Positions 8,546 through 16,548 of a stretch of 20,000 bases of DNA are shown here, in pieces. The notes under the pieces were generated by a model. It did not search any database, had not been told where the DNA came from, and was given only the letters and a program-made list of their open reading frames with translations. The position numbers were made by a program, and so were the translations under genes. The stretch is taken from the IMG/VR virus record IMGVR_UViG_3300037067_009972. One strand, written 5' to 3'. The DNA is from an uncultured virus (IMG/VR IMGVR_UViG_3300037067_009972) (lineage: Duplodnaviria > Heunggongvirae > Uroviricota > Caudoviricetes). The first letter of the stretch is position 1. Every line of letters starts with the position of its first letter.

Positions 8546-9121
8546 TTACGATGAAAAATCTCCGAAGGTCATAAACGACGGAATCATTTTAGTAGGTGCT
8601 TCAGTTATACCACTAAGTACCGTGCCTAAGGCAGAAGCTGGTGCATTCTTCTTTGCTTCCGCAGTTTGTTTTTGTATCTGTGTTAATTCATTCACCGATG
8701 CCGGCAATGGTCCGCCTGCCACGTGATCATATTGTAATGCTTGTCTTATATAAGCACCCGCAGTTAATGGATTAGTTGCTACTGTCGGAGAAAAATGCAG
8801 TAAAGCTTCAAAATACAATTTTGCACGATCTTTATTATCAGAGAGATCTGGATGTAATTTTACCATCTCTTTAAATAGATCTTCTTTACGACTCTCTATT
8901 TGATTTTTTTCATAGAGCCCTACACCGATTTTTGCGCCGGCTGCAGCGACACCCATGCCAGCACTAACAGCCAACCCTGTTGCAAGATACCGCAAAAACG
9001 TATTAATATCTCCTCCAGCATTTTTTTCTAATTCTGTTTTAAATGCTGCAGCCTTAGCCATTGTGCTAGGTTTAATCTTTCCTTCTTTATACAATTGTAC
9101 AAATTTTGATAGTGATGTCAT
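8546..9121 (-). CDS. Hypothetical head-module protein with glycine-zipper membrane segment
   Basis: Likely start ATG 9121 (MTSLSKF, SD GAGG), 191 aa; AFKTELEKNAG followed by YLATGLAVSAGMGVAAAGAKIGVGLY. Confidence 0.7.
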   Translation of the reverse strand: MTSLSKFVQLYKEGKIKPSTMAKAAAFKTELEKNAGGDINTFLRYLATGLAVSAGMGVAAAGAKIGVGLYEKNQIESRKEDLFKEMVKLHPDLSDNKDRAKLYFEALLHFSPTVATNPLTAGAYIRQALQYDHVAGGPLPASVNELTQIQKQTAEAKKNAPASALGTVLSGITEAPTKMIPSFMTFGDFSS

Positions 9122-9122
9122 A

Positions 9123-10067
9123 TTATCCTCGATACCTCGCTGGTATTTGATTAAGCGGGTTTTGTTCACGTTTAATACTTTCTTTGGCTATATATGGCAG
9201 TGCTAATGCTCCTGCACCCGCTCCTACTGCAAGGCCGGTACCGAATACTGCGGGCTTACTAAGAATAGCTTTTACTGTGGCACCGATAGCACCACCCATT
9301 TTATATAAAGCCCATTCTTCTTCTAGTTGAGATAAGCGCTCTTGTATTGTTTTAAATTCATTTGCTATTTTTACAAGTTTTAATGATTGTTGCACTAAAG
9401 GATGTTTACCATTTACCGGGTGTGTCAAAGTTTCTGCAGTTTTATTTAATGAGCCGATTGGCATATTAGGAGTTAGTTCTGCTTCGATTGCTTTTAAAGT
9501 TTCTGTAAATATAGGATCTTCATTTACACTTAATGCATTAAAGATATCATTATATGGTGTTCCACCTAGAACAGCTTGTTTAATCATATCACGTAAACTA
9601 GCGGTTTCCTGTGAAAACAAATGTTGCCCCTCTAATAACAACCCAGTCAGATTAGCTTCTGCCGCTTTAAATCTCCAATAATTTTTTAGCTTTCCATCTT
9701 GTGATGCAGGTTGTTCTTCTTCGGCAACTTTTTCAAAAATTGGGGTAATCTCTGGTGTTTCATATCCAGGAGCATCGAAATAATCCGATGCATCATCAGA
9801 TACTTCTGCTACTTTCGTAGTATGTAAATTGGATTGAATCACAACAGGATCGGCGACATCATATTGTACATATCTATCTGCACTTTTGTTAACCAGATTA
9901 ATATAAACATCTGTATTTGCAGCTTCTACAACCCTGGCTATTTGTTGATTATTCAAACCGTTATCAGAAGCAATCTTTGTGATCGACCCATTTAGTGACT
10001 TGCCGTCTCTTAAATAATCTGTTGCCGCTTGTTTGGCAAAGAGTTCCAATGTGTTAGTCGATATCAT
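9123..10067 (-). CDS. Hypothetical head-module protein, K-x-A rich, C-terminal glycine-zipper segment
   Basis: 314 aa, SD AGGAGA, own promoter; about ten K-x-A motifs; AVFGTGLAVGAGAGALALPYIA. Confidence 0.75.
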   Translation of the reverse strand: MISTNTLELFAKQAATDYLRDGKSLNGSITKIASDNGLNNQQIARVVEAANTDVYINLVNKSADRYVQYDVADPVVIQSNLHTTKVAEVSDDASDYFDAPGYETPEITPIFEKVAEEEQPASQDGKLKNYWRFKAAEANLTGLLLEGQHLFSQETASLRDMIKQAVLGGTPYNDIFNALSVNEDPIFTETLKAIEAELTPNMPIGSLNKTAETLTHPVNGKHPLVQQSLKLVKIANEFKTIQERLSQLEEEWALYKMGGAIGATVKAILSKPAVFGTGLAVGAGAGALALPYIAKESIKREQNPLNQIPARYRG

Positions 10068-10089
10068 GTGTAATTAATTCTCCTATGTA

Positions 10090-10118
10090 AATATATACAA
10101 ATTATAACAATTAGTCAA
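10090..10118 (-). promoter_or_regulatory. sigma70-type promoter
   Basis: Minus strand TTGACT (10118-10113), 17-nt spacer, TATATT (10095-10090), SD AGGAGA (10084-10079). Confidence 0.65.
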
Positions 10119-10293
10119 GATCTCTAACGTTATAAATACTTTTAAGCTCATTCTTAAAAGACGCGAATTTCCGGTTTGCGTCAATACCCTTATGTAAACC
10201 ACCGGGAGTTACACGTTTCATACCGATAGCCTGTGTTGCTCCCGGTTCTATTCTACTATTGTTTGCTTGCTTCGTCATAAAAATTTTTATCAA
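10111..10293 (-). CDS. Small hypothetical protein
   Basis: 60 aa from a TTG overlapping the terminase stop (or 55 aa from ATG 10278, MTKQAN); fills the gap. Confidence 0.45.
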   Translation of the reverse strand: MIKIFMTKQANNSRIEPGATQAIGMKRVTPGGLHKGIDANRKFASFKNELKSIYNVRDLD

Positions 10294-11873
10294 TTATTGA
10301 AATCAGTGGCACGGTAGTATAATTCTGCAGCCAGGTCTCCGTAAAGGAGGCTGTGGAAGGTATCATCTGCTGCAGATTTAATATATCTATACGTGTTCTT
10401 TTCTTCGTTGTATTCAATCGCAATAGCCAAGATATCTTTCGCATAATATTGAAAGTCACTCCATTGCGGGAATATAATCTTCCGCTGTTTTATTTTAGTA
10501 AATAATTCAGTCATCACTGTATTGCGAGCTAACGTATAGGCATTTATATGGCCATTAAACTGGCCCTTCATCTTTTGATTCGGAACATGCTGAAAAGCTA
10601 TTAAACGATTCTTATCATGAAGTCTAGCACGAATCTCAGCATTTACTGCTTCACCAAAGCCGGCATCAGCCCCAATTAATGTGCAGCCCCACTTATAGAA
10701 CTGCTGTGGTATATAATCATGAAGATAAGCATAATCTGCTTCTTTGCCTTCATATTTATGTAGATAAAGTACTTCTGTAATTTCTCCCCGACGCTGTATA
10801 ATAGTTTGAAGCGTCTTAGACATTTCACTATTTATCGGACCCCAATCTATACCTAAAAAGTTTGGATAATTTAATGCATACTTATCAGGTTCTCGCCGCA
10901 TAGGCCCGCCCGTACAACATGCTTTTATCTCGTCCTCTGTTACAGGCGCCACGCCTGCATCAAACGGTAAACCCAAATACTCGTTAAAAAATATTCCTCT
11001 GGACTTTGTCTGAAAAGGAATAAATACGTCAGTCTGCCAGTTCACCCAAGGTGCATGCGCGAACATTAAAACACTAATACGAAAACCTTCAAACAAGTAT
11101 TCGCCGGTTACAGTAGATTTTTCTGAATCTGGGTTAGTTCGAACCCATTGACCTTTACGCGCGTCTAGTTTACCGTGACAATACCGACAAGCTAAGCCCC
11201 AAGGTTGTATATTTTCTTCATCAAGATAATTATGCTTTCCGCAGTGGTCACATTTAGCTATCCATTCATTTCTTGTTGTTACCCGCCATCTATTGGCTAA
11301 CGGACCAATAATATGCTTAGGTGTTCCAGCATATACAGAGTGTTTATAATAAGATCGTGCCATAGTCTGTTCTATAACATCGATATTATCGTCCGGAATA
11401 TCTTGGACTTCGTCTATTAAATTTGTATCCGCGGAAATACCACGAATACGATCCGCCGTAGCCGATCCATATCTTAGATAGACTACTGAACCATTTAAGA
11501 AGCGTTTTTGAAACACGTTTTGAATGGTAGAACTGCTTACAAAATATTTTTTAAATATCGGGCTTTGTTCTATGACGGTATCGACCCTATCGTACGAGAA
11601 TACACGTACTTGTTCGACGGTAGGAGAAACTGCCAAAATCTTAAAGCCACCTTTATGCTTATTACCCACATAAGGCATGATTGCACATTTTGCCAACATA
11701 AGATTAGCCAATGTAGTTGATTTAGCGACCTGACGAGATGTGTGTAAACATAGTTTCATGGGGTCAATGTCGTAGATCATCTTCATGTGTGGATAATCTT
11801 CCAAACTGAAGGGTTCGTTATTAAGATAAAAAAACTTTTGTACAAAGTCTGATAATTTAAATTGTAATGGCAT
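10290..11873 (-). CDS. terL: Terminase large subunit (lambda gpA-like)
   Basis: Walker A variant SRQVAKST, RIRGISAD, Walker B LIDEVQD, motif III GTPK, CxxC pairs (CDHC, CRYC), FNEYLGLPF, RNase H-like nuclease motifs GIDWG, ADAGFG, DDTFHS. Confidence 0.92.
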   Translation of the reverse strand: MPLQFKLSDFVQKFFYLNNEPFSLEDYPHMKMIYDIDPMKLCLHTSRQVAKSTTLANLMLAKCAIMPYVGNKHKGGFKILAVSPTVEQVRVFSYDRVDTVIEQSPIFKKYFVSSSTIQNVFQKRFLNGSVVYLRYGSATADRIRGISADTNLIDEVQDIPDDNIDVIEQTMARSYYKHSVYAGTPKHIIGPLANRWRVTTRNEWIAKCDHCGKHNYLDEENIQPWGLACRYCHGKLDARKGQWVRTNPDSEKSTVTGEYLFEGFRISVLMFAHAPWVNWQTDVFIPFQTKSRGIFFNEYLGLPFDAGVAPVTEDEIKACCTGGPMRREPDKYALNYPNFLGIDWGPINSEMSKTLQTIIQRRGEITEVLYLHKYEGKEADYAYLHDYIPQQFYKWGCTLIGADAGFGEAVNAEIRARLHDKNRLIAFQHVPNQKMKGQFNGHINAYTLARNTVMTELFTKIKQRKIIFPQWSDFQYYAKDILAIAIEYNEEKNTYRYIKSAADDTFHSLLYGDLAAELYYRATDFNN

Positions 11874-11882
11874 TAGGATTTT

Positions 11883-12149
11883 CTATTTCCAATTCATTTC
11901 TTCTTCGTATCTGGTATGTCGACGAGGTGTTTTAAGTTTACCTGTTCCTTGTATTTTAGATCCACGACGATCCACTTCAAACTCCGGACCTAACAATTCT
12001 TTTATCTCTCTATTTAATGCATTGTTTTGTCCAGTACGAAATAATTTTGCTTGTGTGTATCTGCCCAATTTATTTGCCTTTATAAAAGCACGTTCTAATA
12101 GTTCAGAACTTAGCCCTATTTTCTCCATTACTTGTTCTGCTTTTGTCAT
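11883..12149 (-). CDS. Small basic protein, putative virion internal protein
   Basis: 88 aa; EKIGLSSELLERAFIKA motif shared with neighbours; ATGA overlap. Confidence 0.6.
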   Translation of the reverse strand: MTKAEQVMEKIGLSSELLERAFIKANKLGRYTQAKLFRTGQNNALNREIKELLGPEFEVDRRGSKIQGTGKLKTPRRHTRYEEEMNWK

Positions 12150-12484
12150 TTATCTCTCAATTCGTCTAATGTGCGCTGTTTAGAAGGACGAGTAATTTTT
12201 GCAACTTCCCCTTTAATTTTTTTAGGTTTAATTGTCGGGCCAAATTTAATACCTTCTATATGAAAACGCGCACCACGTGTTGCATCTTTTGCAACTTTAT
12301 CTTCAGCCGGATTCATATGATATTTCAATGCTTTATATGTATTTTCTAACAACTGTGCAGCCTCACGATGTGCACTAGTATTATGCTCTATATAAGGATC
12401 AAATAATTTTTCCAATGGACCCGCTGTTTCTAAAAATTTTTTACCAGCTTTTGTAGTAAAAACTTCTTTATTATATATTCTCAT
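12146..12484 (-). CDS. Basic hypothetical protein
   Basis: 112 aa, SD AAGGA, coupled to next gene. Confidence 0.6.
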   Translation of the reverse strand: MRIYNKEVFTTKAGKKFLETAGPLEKLFDPYIEHNTSAHREAAQLLENTYKALKYHMNPAEDKVAKDATRGARFHIEGIKFGPTIKPKKIKGEVAKITRPSKQRTLDELRDK

Positions 12485-12508
12485 TTGGTTTTCCTTTAAT
12501 AACTTTTG

Positions 12509-12904
12509 TCATCCTGGTTGTTCCCCGGTAATAACTGGTGGTGCGTCCATGCGAGACTCACGTAGATCTCTCGCTGTGTTCTCAAGTACTTCTTTTCTCG
12601 TTTGGGTATTTTGACGTGTTAAATTAATGATCTTACCAGCTGCCTTTTTCATGGTTTCCAACTTAGACAAGAAATCTTCCATTATCTTTAATCCGGAATA
12701 GTACAGAGGATGCTCAGTTAAATGATCCATTGCTATTTCTTTTTGTACCTTTGGATTATCCGAGTGTTCCCGTTCTACTTTTATGCCCATTGCCAGTTGT
12801 TTAGGGTCAACCTGGTAAGGTTTTTTATGTGCTTTCGCGGACATACCCTGATTGCCACCAGCTACCAATTCTTCAGCTAATTTATCGAATATATTTTGTG
12901 TCAT
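12509..12904 (-). CDS. DUF5661-like protein
   Basis: Motif QLAMGIKVEREH..KEIAMDHLTEHPLYYSGL matches my recollection of DUF5661; flanked by FDKLAE and MKKAA. Confidence 0.65.
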   Translation of the reverse strand: MTQNIFDKLAEELVAGGNQGMSAKAHKKPYQVDPKQLAMGIKVEREHSDNPKVQKEIAMDHLTEHPLYYSGLKIMEDFLSKLETMKKAAGKIINLTRQNTQTRKEVLENTARDLRESRMDAPPVITGEQPG

Positions 12905-13356
12905 ACGTTTGTTAAGCGTTTATCTAACTCATTCCGAAAGCTAATCATCTGTTCATGTTTCTTTAGACCTCGTTGATCATACTTATGCATATCCTTTAAC
13001 ATCTGCTGGGGATTATGTAAGAAAGTTGGTGTTCTATGTAACGACGTATATAAATCCTCGGCCATACCCTCATATATTTTATGCATTTTACCGGCCTTAT
13101 TAACTGCCGCTCCAAGCAACTTATTACTGATAGCCGTTTTCTTCATCGCTGGTTCAGATTCTTTTGTTTTTATATACTCACTGGCTACGCGAGCTGTCCT
13201 TCCATAATTACGATTACGTAATACGATCTGGGCATAACGTCTCCATACCGCTTTTTGTTTATCAGCCGACATATTTCGTGTTAATGATTTAACAAAAGGA
13301 TCACCCGACGCTATGGTATATTCTAAACTTGTATACTTATTTTCTTTTTTTAGCAT
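12901..13356 (-). CDS. Basic hypothetical protein, putative virion internal protein
   Basis: 151 aa; internal KKTAISNKLLGAAVNKA motif. Confidence 0.6.
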   Translation of the reverse strand: MLKKENKYTSLEYTIASGDPFVKSLTRNMSADKQKAVWRRYAQIVLRNRNYGRTARVASEYIKTKESEPAMKKTAISNKLLGAAVNKAGKMHKIYEGMAEDLYTSLHRTPTFLHNPQQMLKDMHKYDQRGLKKHEQMISFRNELDKRLTNV

Positions 13357-13388
13357 TATGCTATTCCTAAAAATTGGTCAACACTTCT

Positions 13389-14117
13389 TTATTCCCGTAC
13401 AGGAAGACGTTTAATTACTTTTGATATTTTTGTAGTACCCATTAAAGAACCAGATGACTGTTCAACAGATCCGCCATCTTTATGAGATGTGAATGCAAAA
13501 GGTCTTTTATCAAATTCTCTTTCTTCTGTAGGGGACGTAAATAACTCTGCAATAGGCCGTGACGCCCTGATTAATTTTTTTGCCCCAGTTTTAAATAAGC
13601 GACGTTCTGCTTCTGCAACTGTAGCTTTATCAAGTGGAAATGTTTCTTTACGCTCCTGAAACCAACCTTTAAAGTCTTTCTTCGTCATACCTTTAGTACG
13701 ATTTACTCCATACCAATCAGCTATGGATTCCAATTTCGTTTCCATAGGTACATCTTCAGGATGTTTATGTAGAGCTCTCCAATGATGTGGATTACGCTCA
13801 TAGTGATTACCCACTTCTTTTTTCCACTCCATAAAAACCTTGGAATTTTTTGTGCCTTGTAATCCCTCTGGGCCGTTGAACCATGCGGAATAGGCGGACC
13901 ATTCATCGGGGCGAAATTTTGACATATCGTGCCCAAGTATCGTTCCTAAAGGAAGATCCATTTCATGGGCAGCTTTGCCCGTGTAGTATTTATGCGGAAG
14001 TAAATATCCCGCATATCCCACATGCTGCTTTATTTTGTCGTGCCCAAGATAACCGAAACCGAGTCCAGTTAATCCAGTCGCAGTAGCTGCTAGTAATAAT
14101 TTTTGCTTGGGGGTCAT
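13389..14117 (-). CDS. HD-fold DUF5662-like protein with N-terminal membrane segment
   Basis: HK..., GHDMSKFRPDEW, HYERNPHHW, ESIADW metal-binding pattern; N-terminal LLLAATATGLTGLGFGYLG. Confidence 0.65.
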   Translation of the reverse strand: MTPKQKLLLAATATGLTGLGFGYLGHDKIKQHVGYAGYLLPHKYYTGKAAHEMDLPLGTILGHDMSKFRPDEWSAYSAWFNGPEGLQGTKNSKVFMEWKKEVGNHYERNPHHWRALHKHPEDVPMETKLESIADWYGVNRTKGMTKKDFKGWFQERKETFPLDKATVAEAERRLFKTGAKKLIRASRPIAELFTSPTEEREFDKRPFAFTSHKDGGSVEQSSGSLMGTTKISKVIKRLPVRE

Positions 14118-14821
14118 CCGATCAAATCCTTTAATAAATCTCCGTAAGGGCCCTTCGATAGCAATTTCAAAATTACGTGATCTTCTTCTTTATTTGGAAT
14201 ACCTGCGCCCCAACGGTATGAATCTTTTGAATCATTGTCTATTTGACGAAAGAATTTTTGTAGATTGTCGAGACCCATCATTGCTCGCTCTCGATCTTTC
14301 TTTTCGATAGCAGTCCTAACCGCGTCAATCTCACCCTCAATCATAACCATCATCATTTTAACATATGCGATTTCGCTGGCATACTCTACTTCGGGATCTT
14401 TAATCTTTGCATAAGGTGTAGATTTCTTTAACCACTCATCCACTAATAAATCATATGCACCTAATGAACGCTCCCACCCGCGAACAATTTTTTCAGGCGG
14501 TATATATTCAATGAAAAAGAAATTAATCGGGTGCTTTGTACCCGGTAGTAAATGCTCTACTTTATTAAAATTCTTAAAAGCTGGATGCCATGTATCAAAC
14601 TCTTCGTTTTTGGTAGCCATAATCTGTACATCAATATCCGAATCTGGTGCATACTGATGAGTGGTATTACTGCCCTGAAAAACTACCGAATGTATTTTAT
14701 CCTCCGGAAAAAATGAAATTAACAATTTCATAATGTGTTGTTTTACATTAGGAAGTACTTTTTCATTTTCATCAAAAATTGCTTGATTAAGTAATCGTTG
14801 AGGTTTATCAAATATACTCAT
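14114..14821 (-). CDS. Pol-beta superfamily nucleotidyltransferase
   Basis: hG[S]..DxD motif: VVFQGSNTTHQYAPDSDIDVQI; followed by HPINFFF, GAYDL and a C-terminal helical domain. Confidence 0.75.
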   Translation of the reverse strand: MSIFDKPQRLLNQAIFDENEKVLPNVKQHIMKLLISFFPEDKIHSVVFQGSNTTHQYAPDSDIDVQIMATKNEEFDTWHPAFKNFNKVEHLLPGTKHPINFFFIEYIPPEKIVRGWERSLGAYDLLVDEWLKKSTPYAKIKDPEVEYASEIAYVKMMMVMIEGEIDAVRTAIEKKDRERAMMGLDNLQKFFRQIDNDSKDSYRWGAGIPNKEEDHVILKLLSKGPYGDLLKDLIG

Positions 14822-15084
14822 TATTTAATAGACACCTTATCTTTTAAAGCAGCATTAAAATATTTATGCTGTTGATAATATTTATCGTGGGCTATAAAAT
14901 GTTTGTTTACAGCACTCTGTAAATCAGAAGTGCCCTTATATATCTTATCTACATCGGTAGGATTCAAGTTATCAAATATTTCCCCTAGACGTTTTGCGTG
15001 GTGTTCGCTTAATAATAATGCTTTGTTTCTAGCTCTTAATACTGTAGAAACAGAGGTTGCTAATTTAGTAAATATATTATTCAA
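14821..15084 (-). CDS. Small basic protein, putative virion internal protein
   Basis: 87 aa; begins NIFTKLATSVSTVLRARNKA. Confidence 0.6.
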   Translation of the reverse strand: MNNIFTKLATSVSTVLRARNKALLLSEHHAKRLGEIFDNLNPTDVDKIYKGTSDLQSAVNKHFIAHDKYYQQHKYFNAALKDKVSIK

Positions 15085-15979
15085 ATTGAATCCCCTTCAA
15101 ATCTATACTAGTACCGCCTGTTCCGCGTTTAGGTAGTTCAAGTTCCATAGCGGTCATATCAGCAATCTTGCTGGCTTCTGTTGTAGTGCTTTCGACTACT
15201 AGTTTAATCTTTAATTCGTCTAATAAGTTATGAGTATCCTTTTTCTTAGAATCGGTTGCATCTAGACGATCGGCCAATTTTATTGCCAATTGCGCAAATC
15301 TCTGAGCATCGTCCGGACGTAAACGAACATTCTCTTTAAAAGTAAAATAAGAGTCGGCCAACATATCCGTGAAAATCTGTTCCAAAGACATATGAGGGTC
15401 TGTTCCAAGACCTAACTTCCATACTAAATAATGTCGATCTCCCTTAAGAGCTGCCTTCTTTAAAATCATTTTAAACTCAGCATCTTTTTGTGCTTCTACA
15501 AAGAACTCTCTATCGGCATAACCCCACTCATCAAAATTAGCAAAATATTTTAGATACATTTGAAAATCCGGGGAATCGTGAGAAACCTCATAGCGGCCAT
15601 TTATAAGTAGTTCAATATCTATGGGGTTAATACCGGCCAAAGCCAGGGCGCTAATCATTTTTCTTAATCGTGGATCTGCTAATATAAGAAATGCACCCTC
15701 ACACCCATGTAAAGACGTCTGTACTGGGGCGGACTTTTGAAAACGATGATAGTACATAGGGGAAAGCTGCAAAGCTTCTAATGTGATCTCGTCAAAGTTT
15801 TTCAAGTCCGGAACCGTTGTACGAAGTTCATTCACAATCGCAGCCATGTCGTTTAACGGTGGTTCAATGTTTAATCGTTGTAATTCCTCAACTATCATTA
15901 CCGGTGTCATACCGCCGGCTATTAAAGTTTGAATATACAGTTTCTCTGGAACTCGTATTACTTTTTTAATGTTTACCAT
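15077..15979 (-). CDS. Hypothetical helical protein (possible terminase small subunit/packaging factor)
   Basis: 300-aa ORF near the head of the operon leading to terL; C-terminal coiled coil; function only positional. Confidence 0.6.
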   Translation of the reverse strand: MVNIKKVIRVPEKLYIQTLIAGGMTPVMIVEELQRLNIEPPLNDMAAIVNELRTTVPDLKNFDEITLEALQLSPMYYHRFQKSAPVQTSLHGCEGAFLILADPRLRKMISALALAGINPIDIELLINGRYEVSHDSPDFQMYLKYFANFDEWGYADREFFVEAQKDAEFKMILKKAALKGDRHYLVWKLGLGTDPHMSLEQIFTDMLADSYFTFKENVRLRPDDAQRFAQLAIKLADRLDATDSKKKDTHNLLDELKIKLVVESTTTEASKIADMTAMELELPKRGTGGTSIDLKGIQFE

Positions 15980-16416
15980 AGATTTTCTATATCCTGAATT
16001 TGAATTGCCTTCGGTTTAGGTACAAACCGACCTTCACCTATTAACCGGTCTTCATATGTATGATAAGAGCCTAAATATTTCGGTATCTTACGTGAACGAA
16101 TATAATCTGTGATAAACTGATTTAACTGACTTCGTGTTACTCCAAGAAGTAGTGCCAAATTAGCACGATCAGTTTTTACAGCATTTAAGAAGGCTTCCTT
16201 GCCGACTTCGGTATAATAGTCGAACATTTTTTTATTACGAGGAATATGTGGCTTAAACGGATTTCTATTATACCCCCGAGTCTTCTTTCGACGCTCGCTA
16301 TTTATCACTGTTTTTACATAGTCCAAGGTTATCAAGGAATTATTAGCCTCCCCTACTATCTGTTCCGGAGTATACCCTTTATCTAACATGGACAACACAT
16401 ACGCGTTCCAGTTCAT
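15973..16416 (-). CDS. Putative helix-turn-helix DNA-binding protein
   Basis: 147 aa, basic; HTH-like ANLALLLGVTRSQLNQFI and LDKGYTPEQIV; first gene of the minus-strand operon. Confidence 0.55.
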   Translation of the reverse strand: MNWNAYVLSMLDKGYTPEQIVGEANNSLITLDYVKTVINSERRKKTRGYNRNPFKPHIPRNKKMFDYYTEVGKEAFLNAVKTDRANLALLLGVTRSQLNQFITDYIRSRKIPKYLGSYHTYEDRLIGEGRFVPKPKAIQIQDIENLW

Positions 16417-16421
16417 ATAGA

Positions 16422-16450
16422 ACTTTACGCATAATGCCGATTAATGTCAA
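16422..16450 (-). promoter_or_regulatory. sigma70-type promoter giving a probably leaderless mRNA
   Basis: Minus strand TTGACA (16450-16445), 17-nt spacer, TAAAGT (16427-16422), ATG at 16416 with no SD. Confidence 0.65.
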
Positions 16451-16453
16451 TAG

Positions 16454-16467
16454 ATTGTGGTATAAGA
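16454..16467 (+). promoter_or_regulatory. Repeated promoter-like motif ATTGnGGTATAAGA, copy 1
   Basis: ATTGTGGTATAAGA upstream of the plus-strand gene at 16549; 13/14 identical to 17194-17207. Confidence 0.5.
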
Positions 16468-16548
16468 GCTTATCTTTTAAGATAGGGTTTAAATATTTAA
16501 TACCTGGTTCCTATCTTACCAGGTCACATTATTTAAGGAGAAGTACCC

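Noticed and set aside
11871..11885. TAG of the 88-aa gene is in frame with the terL ATG (possible readthrough fusion or TAG recoding)
   Set aside because: One-in-three chance event. Long genes are intact and densely packed under the standard code, so there is no evidence for stop-codon reassignment.
13353..13381. Possible promoter TTGACC..CATAAT upstream of the 151-aa gene
   Set aside because: Spacer is only 15 nt and the -10 overlaps the start codon; too weak to call.
5460..13936. Alternative-frame minus-strand ORFs 5460-5660, 10256-10459, 13721-13936
   Set aside because: Nested out of frame in better-supported genes; composition reflects frame-shifted codons.
206..14310. Plus-strand ORFs antisense to the late operon (206-493, 1100-1306, 1356-1547, 2899-3180, 4158-4349, 4556-4882, 5367-5654, 5369-5557, 6665-6856, 7694-7906, 8955-9206, 11508-11720, 13883-14086, 14107-14310)
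   Set aside because: Shadow ORFs overlapping well-supported minus-strand genes; no recognisable motifs.
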